Shown: in pieces, positions 17,153 to 25,524 of the stretch
Layout of the letters: the number at the start of each line of letters is the position of its first letter
Numbering within the stretch: the first letter of the stretch is position 1
Source of the DNA: Candidatus Aminicenantes bacterium
GTDB taxonomy: Bacteria; Acidobacteriota; Aminicenantia; Aminicenantales; UBA4085
Reading direction: 5' to 3'
Assembly (NCBI GenBank): GCA_026393865.1
Contig: JAPKZI010000031.1
Coordinates: 1 to 53,269 of the forward strand
DNA length: 53,269 bases
The notes under the pieces: generated by a model
Databases searched by the model: none
Told to the model about the DNA's origin: nothing
Seen by the model: only the letters and a program-made list of their open reading frames with translations
Translations under genes and position numbers: made by a program

Positions 17153-17159
17153 GATTTAT

Positions 17160-18002
17160 TCATCTTTTCCTGCGGAAGCGTGAGCGGATGCGGGCGGCGG
17201 CGATGTTCATGACGAGGACGAGGCCGATCAGGACCAGGGCCGTCCCGTAGCGGTAGTTCTCGGGGACGCCGGGGATCTGGGTCGTCGCGATGTACAGATG
17301 ATAGGGCAGGGCCATGACCTGATCCCCGAGCGCGTGAGGGAGCTTCGGCAGATAGAACGCGGCCACGGTGAACAGGATCGGCGCCGTTTCGCCGGCCACG
17401 CGGCCGATGCTCAGGATGGCCCCGGTCAGGATGCCCGGCGTGGCGAAGGGCAGGACGGAATGCCGGATGGTTTGCCAGCGGGAGGCCCCCAGCGAAAAAC
17501 TGACTTCGCGGTACGATTTCGGAACGGCCCGCAGCGCCTCCCGGGTCGTGGTGATGATCACGGGCAGGGTCATGATCCCGAGCGTCAGCGCCCCCGAGAT
17601 GATCGACACGCCGAAGCGGAGGAAAACGACGAAGAGGCTCAGCCCGAAGAGCCCGAAGACGACCGAGGACACGCCGGCCAGGTTGATGATGGCCAGGTTG
17701 ATGATCCGGGTCAGAACGTTGTCCTTGGCGTATTCGCTGAGGTAGACGGCCGCCATCACCCCGATCGGCAGGGCGAAGGCGATGGACGTGAGAACGAGGA
17801 CGAACGTTCCGAGGATGGCCGGGAAGATGCCTCCGGCCCGCATTCCATCGCGCGGCATCGTGAAGAGGAACTCGAGCGACAGCGCGCTCCAACCCTTGGT
17901 TACGATCAGGACGATGATGGCCAGGACCGGGAGGACGACGAGCAGGGTCGCCGCGAGAAGGAGGCCGAAGCCGATCCGCTGCCGCGCGCCTTCGTTCGTC
18001 AT
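17160..18002 (-). CDS. pstA: Phosphate ABC transporter permease PstA
   Basis: Start set at MTNEGARQRIGFGLLL (ATG 18002-18000), overlapping the pstC stop as ATGA. The His/Arg-rich extension to 18314 in the ORF track is out-of-frame pstC sequence. Permease EAA-like region REALRAVPKSYREVSFSLGASRWQTI. Confidence 0.9.
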   Translation of the reverse strand: MTNEGARQRIGFGLLLAATLLVVLPVLAIIVLIVTKGWSALSLEFLFTMPRDGMRAGGIFPAILGTFVLVLTSIAFALPIGVMAAVYLSEYAKDNVLTRIINLAIINLAGVSSVVFGLFGLSLFVVFLRFGVSIISGALTLGIMTLPVIITTTREALRAVPKSYREVSFSLGASRWQTIRHSVLPFATPGILTGAILSIGRVAGETAPILFTVAAFYLPKLPHALGDQVMALPYHLYIATTQIPGVPENYRYGTALVLIGLVLVMNIAAARIRSRFRRKR

Positions 18003-18877
18003 CGTTTCTTGCCCCGGTTCAGGAAGAGATCGGCGGTCAGGTTGATCAGGAAGGAAATCAGGAAGAGGACGAGGCCGACGGCGAACAAGGCGAAATAATG
18101 GGGGCTGCCCTTGGCCGCCTCGCCCATCTCGGCGGCAATGGTGGCGGTGAGCGTCCGGACGGGCTGGAGCAGGCTCGTCGGGATGACGGCGGCGTTGCCG
18201 GTGACCATCATCACGGCCATGGTTTCTCCGATGACCCGCCCGATGCCGAGCATGGACGCGGCGATGATGCCGGGCATCGCTCCGTGGATGATGACCCGGG
18301 TGAGCGTCTGCCAATGCGTCGCGCCCAAAGCCAAAGCCCCTTCCTTGTACTCCCGGGGCACGGCGTTGATGGCGTCCTCGGAGATGCTGATGATCGTCGG
18401 GAGGGCCATGAAGGCGAGCATGATCGACCCGGCCAGGGCGGTCAGGCCGGTGGGAAGGCCGAGCGTGTGCTTGAGAAAGGGGACGAGGAGAGTGATGCCG
18501 AGAAAGCCGAGAACGACGGAGGGGATCGCGGCGAGCACTTCGACACAGGATTTCAAGAGATGGCGGATCTTCACCGGGGCCACGTCGGCGATGTAGAAAG
18601 CGGCCCCGATCCCCAGAGGGACGGCCAGGACGATCGCCCCGGCCGTCACCAGGAGCGAGCCGAGGATCAAGGGGAGGATCCCCAGTTTCGGCGGGTCGGA
18701 GATCGGGTACCAGAAGCGGCCGCCGAGGAAGTCGCCGATCGACGTCGTTTTGAAGACGGAGACTCCCTCGCGCAGGAGGAAGATGAAGATCAAGGCCACA
18801 AAAATAATCGAAGCGATGCCGCTGGCGAAGATCAGCTTCTCGATGACGAACTCTTTGACCTTCCTGAACCGGGCCAT
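17999..18877 (-). CDS. pstC: Phosphate ABC transporter permease PstC
   Basis: 292 aa, six hydrophobic helices, motif EDAINAVPREYKEGALALGATHWQT typical of PstC. It starts immediately after the pstS stop. Confidence 0.9.
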   Translation of the reverse strand: MARFRKVKEFVIEKLIFASGIASIIFVALIFIFLLREGVSVFKTTSIGDFLGGRFWYPISDPPKLGILPLILGSLLVTAGAIVLAVPLGIGAAFYIADVAPVKIRHLLKSCVEVLAAIPSVVLGFLGITLLVPFLKHTLGLPTGLTALAGSIMLAFMALPTIISISEDAINAVPREYKEGALALGATHWQTLTRVIIHGAMPGIIAASMLGIGRVIGETMAVMMVTGNAAVIPTSLLQPVRTLTATIAAEMGEAAKGSPHYFALFAVGLVLFLISFLINLTADLFLNRGKKR

Positions 18878-19750
18878 TTACTTGATCGGGACAAAGTCCG
18901 TGCGCTTGACGATGTCCTGTCCCTCCTTGGAATAAACGAAATCGACGAATTCCTTCACCAGGCCCGATGGCCGGCCGTTGGTGGTGAGGTAGAGCGGGCG
19001 CGAGATCGGATAGGCGTTGATCCGAACGCTTTCAATGGTGGGCTCAATGAAAGGAGCCCGATCGTCCTTGGCCACGGCGATGACCTTTTGCCGCGGGCTG
19101 ATGTAGCCCAGGCCGTAATACCCGACCGCGTTTTCGTTGTTGGCGACCTCTTCGGCGATGGCGAACGACGACGGCATCATCAGGGCGCCCGGAGAGAACT
19201 CCTCCACGGCTTTCTTCTTGCCGCGCCGCAAGACATGCTCTTTAAAGAAGATATGCGTGCCCGAATTGACCTCCCGCGACAGCAGAACGATGGGAATGTC
19301 GGGCCCCCCGATGGTCTTCCATCGCTTGATGTTGCCCATGAAGATCTCGCGGAGTTGGTCCATGGTCAGGTTTTTCACGGGATTCGAAGGATGGACGACG
19401 ACCACGATGCCGTCCAGAGCGACGATCTCCTGGTTGAATATGACGCCGTTTCCCTCGGCCTGCTTGATCTCCTTCTCTTCGACGGCCCGGGAGGACTCGG
19501 CGATGTCGCAGGTGCCGTTGATGAGGGCGGCGATGCCGGTTCCCGAGCCGCCGCCCGTGACGGCGACATTCACTTCGGGGTGGAGCTTATTGAAAGCTTC
19601 GGCCCAGGCCTGGCCGAGGTTGACCATCGTGTCCGAGCCTTTGATCTGGAGGGAAGCGCTTGCCCGGCTGTCGCCGGGACGGCGGGATGTGCAACCGCTC
19701 AAAAAAAGCGCGCCCAGGAGAACGACGGCCGGAACAGTCCGCTTTTTCAT
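18878..19750 (-). CDS. pstS: Phosphate-binding lipoprotein PstS
   Basis: Start set at MKKRTVPAVVLLGALFLSGC (lipobox LSGC; ATG at 19750-19748). PstS-family motifs: GSDTMVNL, TGGGSGTGIAALINGTCDIA.SSR, SREVNSGT. Confidence 0.88.
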   Translation of the reverse strand: MKKRTVPAVVLLGALFLSGCTSRRPGDSRASASLQIKGSDTMVNLGQAWAEAFNKLHPEVNVAVTGGGSGTGIAALINGTCDIAESSRAVEEKEIKQAEGNGVIFNQEIVALDGIVVVVHPSNPVKNLTMDQLREIFMGNIKRWKTIGGPDIPIVLLSREVNSGTHIFFKEHVLRRGKKKAVEEFSPGALMMPSSFAIAEEVANNENAVGYYGLGYISPRQKVIAVAKDDRAPFIEPTIESVRINAYPISRPLYLTTNGRPSGLVKEFVDFVYSKEGQDIVKRTDFVPIK

Positions 19751-19914
19751 ATATTTGTTCTCATCGGATCTGTGTTGCCAAAGATTTTTGGGGATCGGGA
19801 AACAGGTCATGCAATTATAAAAATTAGGCGGTTCGAAGTCAAGCCGCCGGGCGACTCGCGGGGATTTGGACATCGAGGGGGAAACATGGTAAATATAAAG
19901 AACGGGAGGCCGAC

Positions 19915-20589
19915 ATGGAAAGGCTGTTTGACGAGGAGCTCAATAAGCTCAAGGAAAAACTGCTCCGGATGGCTGGGATCGTCGAGGAGTCCGTCGCCCT
20001 GTCGATCGAAGGGCTGAAGGATCAGAAGGAGGAACTGGCCCGAGAGGTCATCCATCGGGAGGAAAGCGTCAACCTCCTCGATGTCGAGATCGACGAGACC
20101 TGCCTGCGTCTGCTCGCCCTCCGCCAGCCCATGGCCGGGGATCTGCGTCTCATCACCTCGGCCATGAAAATCGGGGTGGATCTCGAACGGATGGGCGACC
20201 TGGCCGTCAACATCGCTCAGCGGACTCTCGAACTGCTCAAGGCGCCGCTCTTGAAACCGCTGATCGATATCCCCCGGATGGCCAAGCTGGCCCAAGCCAT
20301 GCTCAAGGACGCCATCCAGGCCTTCATCGATCGAAACGACGCGCTGGCCTCTGAGATCTGCAAACGCGATGACGCCGTCGACGCCCTCGAGAATCAAATC
20401 TTCCGGGAGCTCTTGACCTACATGATCGAGGATCCCGCTTCGATCTGGAGAGCCGTGGGCCTGCTTCTCGTCAGCCGTTACCTGGAGCGGATCGCCGACC
20501 ACGCCACGAATATCGCCGAGAACGTGATCTACATGGTCAAGGGCCGGATGATCAAGCACAACATCGACAAGATCCGCTCCGCCGGCTGA
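19915..20589 (+). CDS. phoU: Phosphate transport system regulator PhoU
   Basis: 224 aa with the duplicated PhoU helical repeat: DLERMGDLAVNIA and YLERIADHATNIAE. It is transcribed divergently from pstS. Confidence 0.9.
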   Translation: MERLFDEELNKLKEKLLRMAGIVEESVALSIEGLKDQKEELAREVIHREESVNLLDVEIDETCLRLLALRQPMAGDLRLITSAMKIGVDLERMGDLAVNIAQRTLELLKAPLLKPLIDIPRMAKLAQAMLKDAIQAFIDRNDALASEICKRDDAVDALENQIFRELLTYMIEDPASIWRAVGLLLVSRYLERIADHATNIAENVIYMVKGRMIKHNIDKIRSAG

Positions 20590-20607
20590 CCAAATCAAAA
20601 AAATCTC

Positions 20608-20635
20608 TTGATTTCCGGATTTGTTTTGCTATACT
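20608..20635 (+). promoter_or_regulatory. Sigma70-like promoter with extended -10
   Basis: TTGATT (20608-20613), 16-nt spacer ending in TGC, then TATACT (20630-20635), in an AT-rich intergenic region downstream of phoU. Confidence 0.45.
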
Positions 20636-20641
20636 GGAGAA

Positions 20642-20735
20642 AAGTTTTCTCGTGCCGGCTGGAGAAAACGACACCTACCTTATAAATCATCATTTTCCCT
20701 TTTCTGCTGTTAATAACAGCCGGCACCTCTTTTGA
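20642..20735 (+). ncRNA. Candidate small structured RNA or 5' leader of the GT9 gene (unclassified)
   Basis: Immediately downstream of the promoter. A perfect 10-nt closing stem, GTGCCGGCTG (20652-20661) with CAGCCGGCAC (20717-20726), is followed by CUCUUUUG. GGAGAAAA occurs twice (20636, 20661) with three complementary UUUUCYC-type tracts (20645, 20694, 20700), which allows alternative pairings. Confidence 0.3.
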
Positions 20736-20751
20736 AAATTATTTGACGCGG

Positions 20752-21846
20752 ATGAAATCGATTCTGCTCTTCAGGCTCGGCGGGCTGGGCGACCTCCTCG
20801 TCGCGCTTCCTTCTTTCAATCTCCTGCGCCGCGCCTTTCCCGGTGCTCGGCTCGACCTGGTCGGCCGAAAAGATTACGGTGAGCTCCTCCGGGACGCGGG
20901 CGTCATCGACGCGGTATTCTCCGCTGATAACGCGGAGTGGGCCCCTCTATTCGATGTAGCGCAGGCGGTACCGGAATCCCTCCGCGCCCGGCTCGCCGAT
21001 TATGATCTCGTCCTGGGTTGGTTCCTCCAGAAGACGGGGACACATCACTTTCTTCGGAGAAAAAGTGACGTGTCCCCCTCGTCCATGGGAAAAATGGAAC
21101 CGTCCCCTCTTTCGTCAGGGCCCTCGTCTCGCGCATTCATTTATGATCCCGACTCCCGCCTCACCGTCGGCCGCTTTTTTTTCGACCGGACGGCGGAGTT
21201 CATCTCCGGGCTCGAGGCTTCCTCCGCTCCGTTTGAGGAGTGTTGGCCGCTGTCTCTCTCGGCGAATCGGCCCGCCGAGGGGCGTTCGTCGCAAGACGTC
21301 CTTCCCTCCGCGGCGGCCGGGGCCCCGGGCATTGCCCGGGGGTCCACTTCCGCCGTACTCGCCCGTGGATACAAACCACGGGCGAGTGGCGAGCCGAAGG
21401 CTCGTCCCTTGACGGTCGTCATCCATCCCGGCAGCGGAAGCCCGAAAAAATGCTGGCCGATCGAACGGTTCCTGGCGGTGATGAACGCCCTCCAGAACGA
21501 CGGCCGGAGCGGCGTCCTGGTGACGGGAGAAGCCGAAGAGCGAATGGAGGCGGGTCTGCGGGGGATCACTTTCCCCGCAGGCTGGCGGTGGCTCCGTCGT
21601 CCGGGCCTTTTCGAATTGGCCGGGCTGCTCCGATCCGGCGCTCTTTATCTCGGCAACGATTCGGGAGTGACGCATCTGGCGGCGGCCTGCGGAGCGGAGG
21701 TCGTCGCGCTCTTTAGAAAAGATCTCGAGGCGGCTTGGTCGCCATTCGGGCGGGCCGTCGTCCTGAGCGCCGGCGAGGCGGCGGGGATATCCGTGGCGGA
21801 CGTCTTGGCGGCCCTGTCCCGACATCTGTCTCGGTCCCTTCGGTGA
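20752..21846 (+). CDS. Glycosyltransferase family 9 (LPS heptosyltransferase-like)
   Basis: N-terminal ILLFRLGGLGDLLVALPSF and C-terminal YLGNDSGVTHLAAACGAEVVALF are GT9 hallmarks. A Ser/Pro/Gly-rich low-complexity linker sits in the middle. The ATG at 20752 is preferred over the TTG at 20743. Confidence 0.8.
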   Translation: MKSILLFRLGGLGDLLVALPSFNLLRRAFPGARLDLVGRKDYGELLRDAGVIDAVFSADNAEWAPLFDVAQAVPESLRARLADYDLVLGWFLQKTGTHHFLRRKSDVSPSSMGKMEPSPLSSGPSSRAFIYDPDSRLTVGRFFFDRTAEFISGLEASSAPFEECWPLSLSANRPAEGRSSQDVLPSAAAGAPGIARGSTSAVLARGYKPRASGEPKARPLTVVIHPGSGSPKKCWPIERFLAVMNALQNDGRSGVLVTGEAEERMEAGLRGITFPAGWRWLRRPGLFELAGLLRSGALYLGNDSGVTHLAAACGAEVVALFRKDLEAAWSPFGRAVVLSAGEAAGISVADVLAALSRHLSRSLR

Positions 21847-21932
21847 TCGGCCCGTCCGGGTTTGTGGAGCCAGGCTTCATTTAGCCGATTTCTTATGGTA
21901 ATATTATAGGCCCAAAAAGAGGCCTAGCGATC

Positions 21933-22397
21933 ATGGACAAGGCGGAGTGGAAAGAGGACCTGCAAGGCTGTTTTCTCGACGCCAAGGTCCTCGAAAAATG
22001 CCGGGAAGAGGCCGTCGAGCATTTCGACCAGTTCTGTGAGTACGTCGCGGAGTCGGCGTTCGAAGCCCTAACCGAAGAATTCCTGGGATATCAGGTCAAG
22101 ACCAGATCCTGGAAGGTCCAAGGGAAATCCATCCATCTCGAGATCCGCTTTCCCCGCTCGCGCGTCGACCAGTTCCACTACATCCTGTGGATGCCCAAGC
22201 ATTCCGTGGAGCTCAAGCTGAAACTGACCGTCAAGTGGCGGAGGACGCCGCTCGGGACCCTCGAGGAGAAGACCGTCCCCTTCCTGGAAAAGGCCTCTCC
22301 CACCGAGATCCTGAAGATCGACAAGGATTCGCTGGCCCAGGACGTGATCGCCCGCTACCGGAAATATCTCTACGAGACGGCCGTCGTGCCCGAGTGA
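21933..22397 (+). CDS. Hypothetical cytoplasmic protein (no recognisable motifs)
   Basis: 154-aa ORF with balanced composition, no hydrophobic segment and no better competing frame. Confidence 0.55.
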   Translation: MDKAEWKEDLQGCFLDAKVLEKCREEAVEHFDQFCEYVAESAFEALTEEFLGYQVKTRSWKVQGKSIHLEIRFPRSRVDQFHYILWMPKHSVELKLKLTVKWRRTPLGTLEEKTVPFLEKASPTEILKIDKDSLAQDVIARYRKYLYETAVVPE

Positions 22398-22416
22398 CGG
22401 GCGAGCGGCGCTCTCT

Positions 22417-23139
22417 TTATTTGTTCAGTTGGTCCAGCGTTTTAAATAGGATCGCGTATTCGGGCCGGTCCGTGGTGCTCTGACCGACGTATTTGAACTG
22501 GCAGATCCCCCTCTTGTCCACGATGAAGACGCTGGTGATGCACTGGTCGACCTTGCTCCCGCCCCATTCCGCGGTGAAGAGGCCGAGGCCTTTGGAAACC
22601 TTCCGGTCGCCGTCGATGAGCAGCGGGAAGGGTGTCGGGACCCGGCCTTTCTCCAGGCCCAGGTCTTTGGGGAACATCTCCCGCCGGCGGAGCATCTGGG
22701 CCTTGCCCTGCTCGTCCAGCTTGTCCGGATCGGGCGGGTTCTTCCAGCCTTTGATCTTGTCGAGCTGATCGGGATTGCTTTCGACCCATTGCTTGACGAC
22801 GTCCGCGGCGTAGGGGAAGACGAAAACGACTTCGACATCGTACTTCTTCCGGATCTCGGCGGATTTCTCGAGATCGACGAGCTCGGCGTATTTGTAGTTG
22901 TCGATCGTGCACCAGCGGGCCTCGGCGGCGAATCCGCGGGGGAAGATCAGCATCACGTTCCTGCCTTTGAGGCCGGACAGGGTGAGCGTTCCTCCCTGAT
23001 ATGAGGGCAGGGTGAAGTCCGGCATCGGCTGGCCGATGGTCACGGGCTTGATCTCTCCGCTCTGAGCGTGCAGGAACGCTCCCGTCAGGACGAAGGTCAG
23101 GGCGATAAGGCCGGCGGCGGCCACGGCGGCTTTTTTCAT
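22417..23139 (-). CDS. Exported thioredoxin-fold redoxin (AhpC/TSA-like)
   Basis: Start set at MKKAAVAAAGLIALTFVL.. (ATG 23139-23137, AGGAG RBS). Redoxin pattern FTLPSYQGGTLTLSGLKGRNVMLIFPRGF...WCT with a single candidate active Cys. Confidence 0.65.
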   Translation of the reverse strand: MKKAAVAAAGLIALTFVLTGAFLHAQSGEIKPVTIGQPMPDFTLPSYQGGTLTLSGLKGRNVMLIFPRGFAAEARWCTIDNYKYAELVDLEKSAEIRKKYDVEVVFVFPYAADVVKQWVESNPDQLDKIKGWKNPPDPDKLDEQGKAQMLRRREMFPKDLGLEKGRVPTPFPLLIDGDRKVSKGLGLFTAEWGGSKVDQCITSVFIVDKRGICQFKYVGQSTTDRPEYAILFKTLDQLNK

Positions 23140-23326
23140 GAACGACTCCTTTCCGGGGATGCCGTCCCTCGTTCCTTTCGGCAAGAGACGACGGGGATCA
23201 TTTTAAGGCTTTTCCCAGTGTTTTGCAAAACGGGATCGCCGGCGGGAAGTGCGGCGGCCGGGGCGTCTTTTATCTTGTGGAATAATCGGCTTTGATTTGT
23301 TACAATTCGGACGGAGGCGATGAGCG

Positions 23327-23728
23327 GTGAATCATCTCAGCATCGCGGCCGATCTGTCCGAGGTCGATGGGGTCCGGCAATTTCTCAAGGACAGCCTCGC
23401 GGATATCGACATCTCCGAGGAGGACGGCTTCAAGATCGAGCTGGCTCTCGTCGAAATGGTCGTGAACGTGATCCGCTACGCTTACCCGGACGGAGGCGGC
23501 GTGCTGGCCATCGAGATCCGGAAGGACCGCCACCGCGTGATCATCGAGATCCGGGATTCCGGCCTCCCTTTCGATCCCTGCCGGGCCCCCAAACCCGACA
23601 TCGACGAGGTCGTCGCCGCCGGCCGCAAAGGCGGGCTCGGGATCTATCTTACGCGCGAGCTCATGGACGAATGCCTCTACCGCCGGGACGGCGGTCAGAA
23701 CATCCTGACGCTCGTCAAGAAGCTCTAA
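23327..23728 (+). CDS. RsbW/SpoIIAB-like anti-sigma regulatory factor (HATPase_c serine kinase)
   Basis: 133 aa, GTG start with GGAGG 9 nt upstream. N-box ELALVEMVVNVIRYAY, G1 IEIRDSGLPFDP, G2 KGGLGIYLTRELMDE. Confidence 0.8.
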   Translation: MNHLSIAADLSEVDGVRQFLKDSLADIDISEEDGFKIELALVEMVVNVIRYAYPDGGGVLAIEIRKDRHRVIIEIRDSGLPFDPCRAPKPDIDEVVAAGRKGGLGIYLTRELMDECLYRRDGGQNILTLVKKL

Positions 23729-23738
23729 GGGCGCTTCC

Positions 23739-24578
23739 CTATTTCTCGTAGAGAACGTTCTCGGCGCCGTTTTTCGCGACGAGCTTGTCGATCTCCTTGA
23801 TGATGAGGTCCTTGCGGATCAGAACGGCCTTGATCTCGTCGTCCGACAAATATTCGCCGACCGCCCCCTTGATCTGTTCGAAGGTCAGCCCCTTGATCTT
23901 TTCGTAGAAAGCCTTGGGCAGCTCCTTCATGATCATCGGACCTTCCGGGTGTTTCTCGGTGTAGGTCAGTTGTTTGATGAATTTTCCCGACGAACGGAAG
24001 CTGCGGGAGTGGTCGATGAGGATCATCCGCCAGTCTTTCGTGACGATCAGGTAGTTGTCCAGATGCCGGTCCTCGTTGCCGATCAGGTTGTCGAAGGCCC
24101 GCTGCAGAAAGAGATTGCGGTTGTTATAAAAAATCTTGTAGGACGGAGGTTTGATCTTCTCCTCGTTCAGCTTCCCGAGAGTTTTGGTGTCGTCGACCCA
24201 TATCTGCAGGGACCCGCGTCGTTCCTGAAAGCGGCGCTCGACGGTCGGCGGGACCATGTTGAGCCCCAGCAGCTTGTCGAGCTCGTAGCCGGCGACCTCG
24301 TACATCCAACTGTCGATATATCCCTGGGGCCGTCCGGAGATGTCTTTCCAGAGCCCCTTTTTCGTGATGTCGCCCTGTTTGAGCGTCAGGACATAGGGCT
24401 TCGTTACGGCGCCCAAGGTCTTCTGCTCATTCGCGATAATCTCCGCCGTCTTCAGGAATTCCTCCCATTTGGCCCGCTCGGCGAGCTCTTCGGGCAGGAA
24501 CTGGGCGAAGGCCGCGGCGCCGAGAGCCAGAATGCCGAACATCAGCCCCAGGACAATGATCGATCTTCTTTTCATCAT
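23739..24578 (-). CDS. Exported PI3K/PI4K/HipA-like atypical kinase-fold protein, paralog 1 (canonical catalytic motifs)
   Basis: Signal peptide MMKRRSIIVLGLMFGILALGAAAFA|Q with strong AAGGAGAAAGGGG RBS. Motifs: GLWKD (Lys), EVAGYELDKLLGLNMVPPTVER...GSLQIWV, catalytic loop LIGNEDRHLDNYLI, ILIDHS (DFG position). C-terminus ..GAENVLYEK. Confidence 0.7.
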   Translation of the reverse strand: MMKRRSIIVLGLMFGILALGAAAFAQFLPEELAERAKWEEFLKTAEIIANEQKTLGAVTKPYVLTLKQGDITKKGLWKDISGRPQGYIDSWMYEVAGYELDKLLGLNMVPPTVERRFQERRGSLQIWVDDTKTLGKLNEEKIKPPSYKIFYNNRNLFLQRAFDNLIGNEDRHLDNYLIVTKDWRMILIDHSRSFRSSGKFIKQLTYTEKHPEGPMIMKELPKAFYEKIKGLTFEQIKGAVGEYLSDDEIKAVLIRKDLIIKEIDKLVAKNGAENVLYEK

Positions 24579-24611
24579 TTTTCCCCTTTCTCCTTTCGTC
24601 CGATTTATCGA

Positions 24612-25448
24612 TCAATAAAGAACGTTGTTCTCCCCGTTCTGTTTGATCATATCCTCGATCTCTTTCATGATGAGCGGAACGCGGGAAACGACCCCTTCGA
24701 TCTCCTTGTCGGTCAGATAAGGCCCCACGGCCTGTCGGATAACGGCGGCCGTCAATCCCTTGATCTTTTCGACCATCGCCCGGGGCACCCGCCTGAACAG
24801 CATCGGCCGGCCATCGTCCAGCTTGAAGATCCCGTTCGTACCGAACACCAGCTGCCGAACGAACTTCCGGTCCGATTGAAAAGCGCGGGAGTGGTCGAAG
24901 ATGATCGTCCGCCAGTCCTCGGTCAACAGGATGTTCTCCTGGGTCCGGTCGGCGTTGGCGATCAGGCAATCCCACATCCGGCAGATGTATTTCATCCGGT
25001 CGGTCCTCTCGATCGCCTCCGGCGGGATGCTGGTCCCGCTCTCCATCAATTTAAGGTAATTCGTTTTGCTCTCCGCCCAGAGTGAAAGGCAGCCCGCTTT
25101 CCCCTTGAGCTCTCTTTCGACCACGGGCGGGACGGAGTTCAGGCCGAGGAGCTTGTCCAGCCGATAGGCGGCGATTTCGAACTTCCAGTTGTCGTACACT
25201 CCGTCGGGCTTGCCGCTCGGATTTTTCCAGGCCGCTTTCCTCTCGACGTCGCCCTTCTTGAGATAGAGTTTCTGGGGCTTCGTGACGCCCTCCCCGATCG
25301 GCTCGGACTTGACGATCTCGGCCGTCAGGAGAAAATCCTCCCATTGTTCGCGCTGGGCGATCTCCTCGGGCTTGAACTGGGCCAAGGCCAGGATCCCGGC
25401 CGTCAGCAGACAGATGAAGACCGCGGCGGGCCAAGCTTTGTTTTTCAT
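24612..25448 (-). CDS. Exported PI3K/PI4K/HipA-like kinase-fold protein, paralog 2 (catalytic His replaced)
   Basis: Start set at MKNKAWPAAVFICLLTAGILALA|Q. Motifs: AAWKN, EIAAYRLDKLLGLNSVPPVVERE, LIANADRTQENILL (DRHxxN becomes DRTQEN), IIFDHS. C-terminus GENNVLY. Confidence 0.7.
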   Translation of the reverse strand: MKNKAWPAAVFICLLTAGILALAQFKPEEIAQREQWEDFLLTAEIVKSEPIGEGVTKPQKLYLKKGDVERKAAWKNPSGKPDGVYDNWKFEIAAYRLDKLLGLNSVPPVVERELKGKAGCLSLWAESKTNYLKLMESGTSIPPEAIERTDRMKYICRMWDCLIANADRTQENILLTEDWRTIIFDHSRAFQSDRKFVRQLVFGTNGIFKLDDGRPMLFRRVPRAMVEKIKGLTAAVIRQAVGPYLTDKEIEGVVSRVPLIMKEIEDMIKQNGENNVLY

Positions 25449-25524
25449 GACTGAACCTCGCTCCGTCCAATTCCCCTTCCGGGCCATGTCCCTAGTCTAA
25501 TGCCGATTCGCTCAAAAAATCAAA

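Noticed and set aside
17083-17892. 269-aa minus-strand ORF overlapping pstA in another frame
   Set aside because: It is Arg/Pro/His-rich low complexity, and the true pstA frame has permease helices and the EAA-like motif.
18003-18314. 104-codon N-terminal extension of the pstA ORF
   Set aside because: It is His/Arg/Asp-rich junk that overlaps pstC in another frame. The internal ATG at 18002 gives the classic ATGA coupling with the pstC stop.
19751-19914. Possible Pho-box regulatory sites in the pstS/phoU divergent region, and the divergent orientation of phoU itself
   Set aside because: I could not find a convincing direct-repeat Pho box, and the PhoB consensus for this lineage is unknown. 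The divergent phoU placement is unusual relative to E. coli, but I am not confident it is noteworthy.
18098-20017. 639-aa ORF on the plus strand spanning pstC, pstS and the phoU start
   Set aside because: It is antisense to strongly motif-supported pstC and pstS. The translation is Gly/Asp/Arg/His-rich low complexity, and the ORF crosses an intergenic promoter region.
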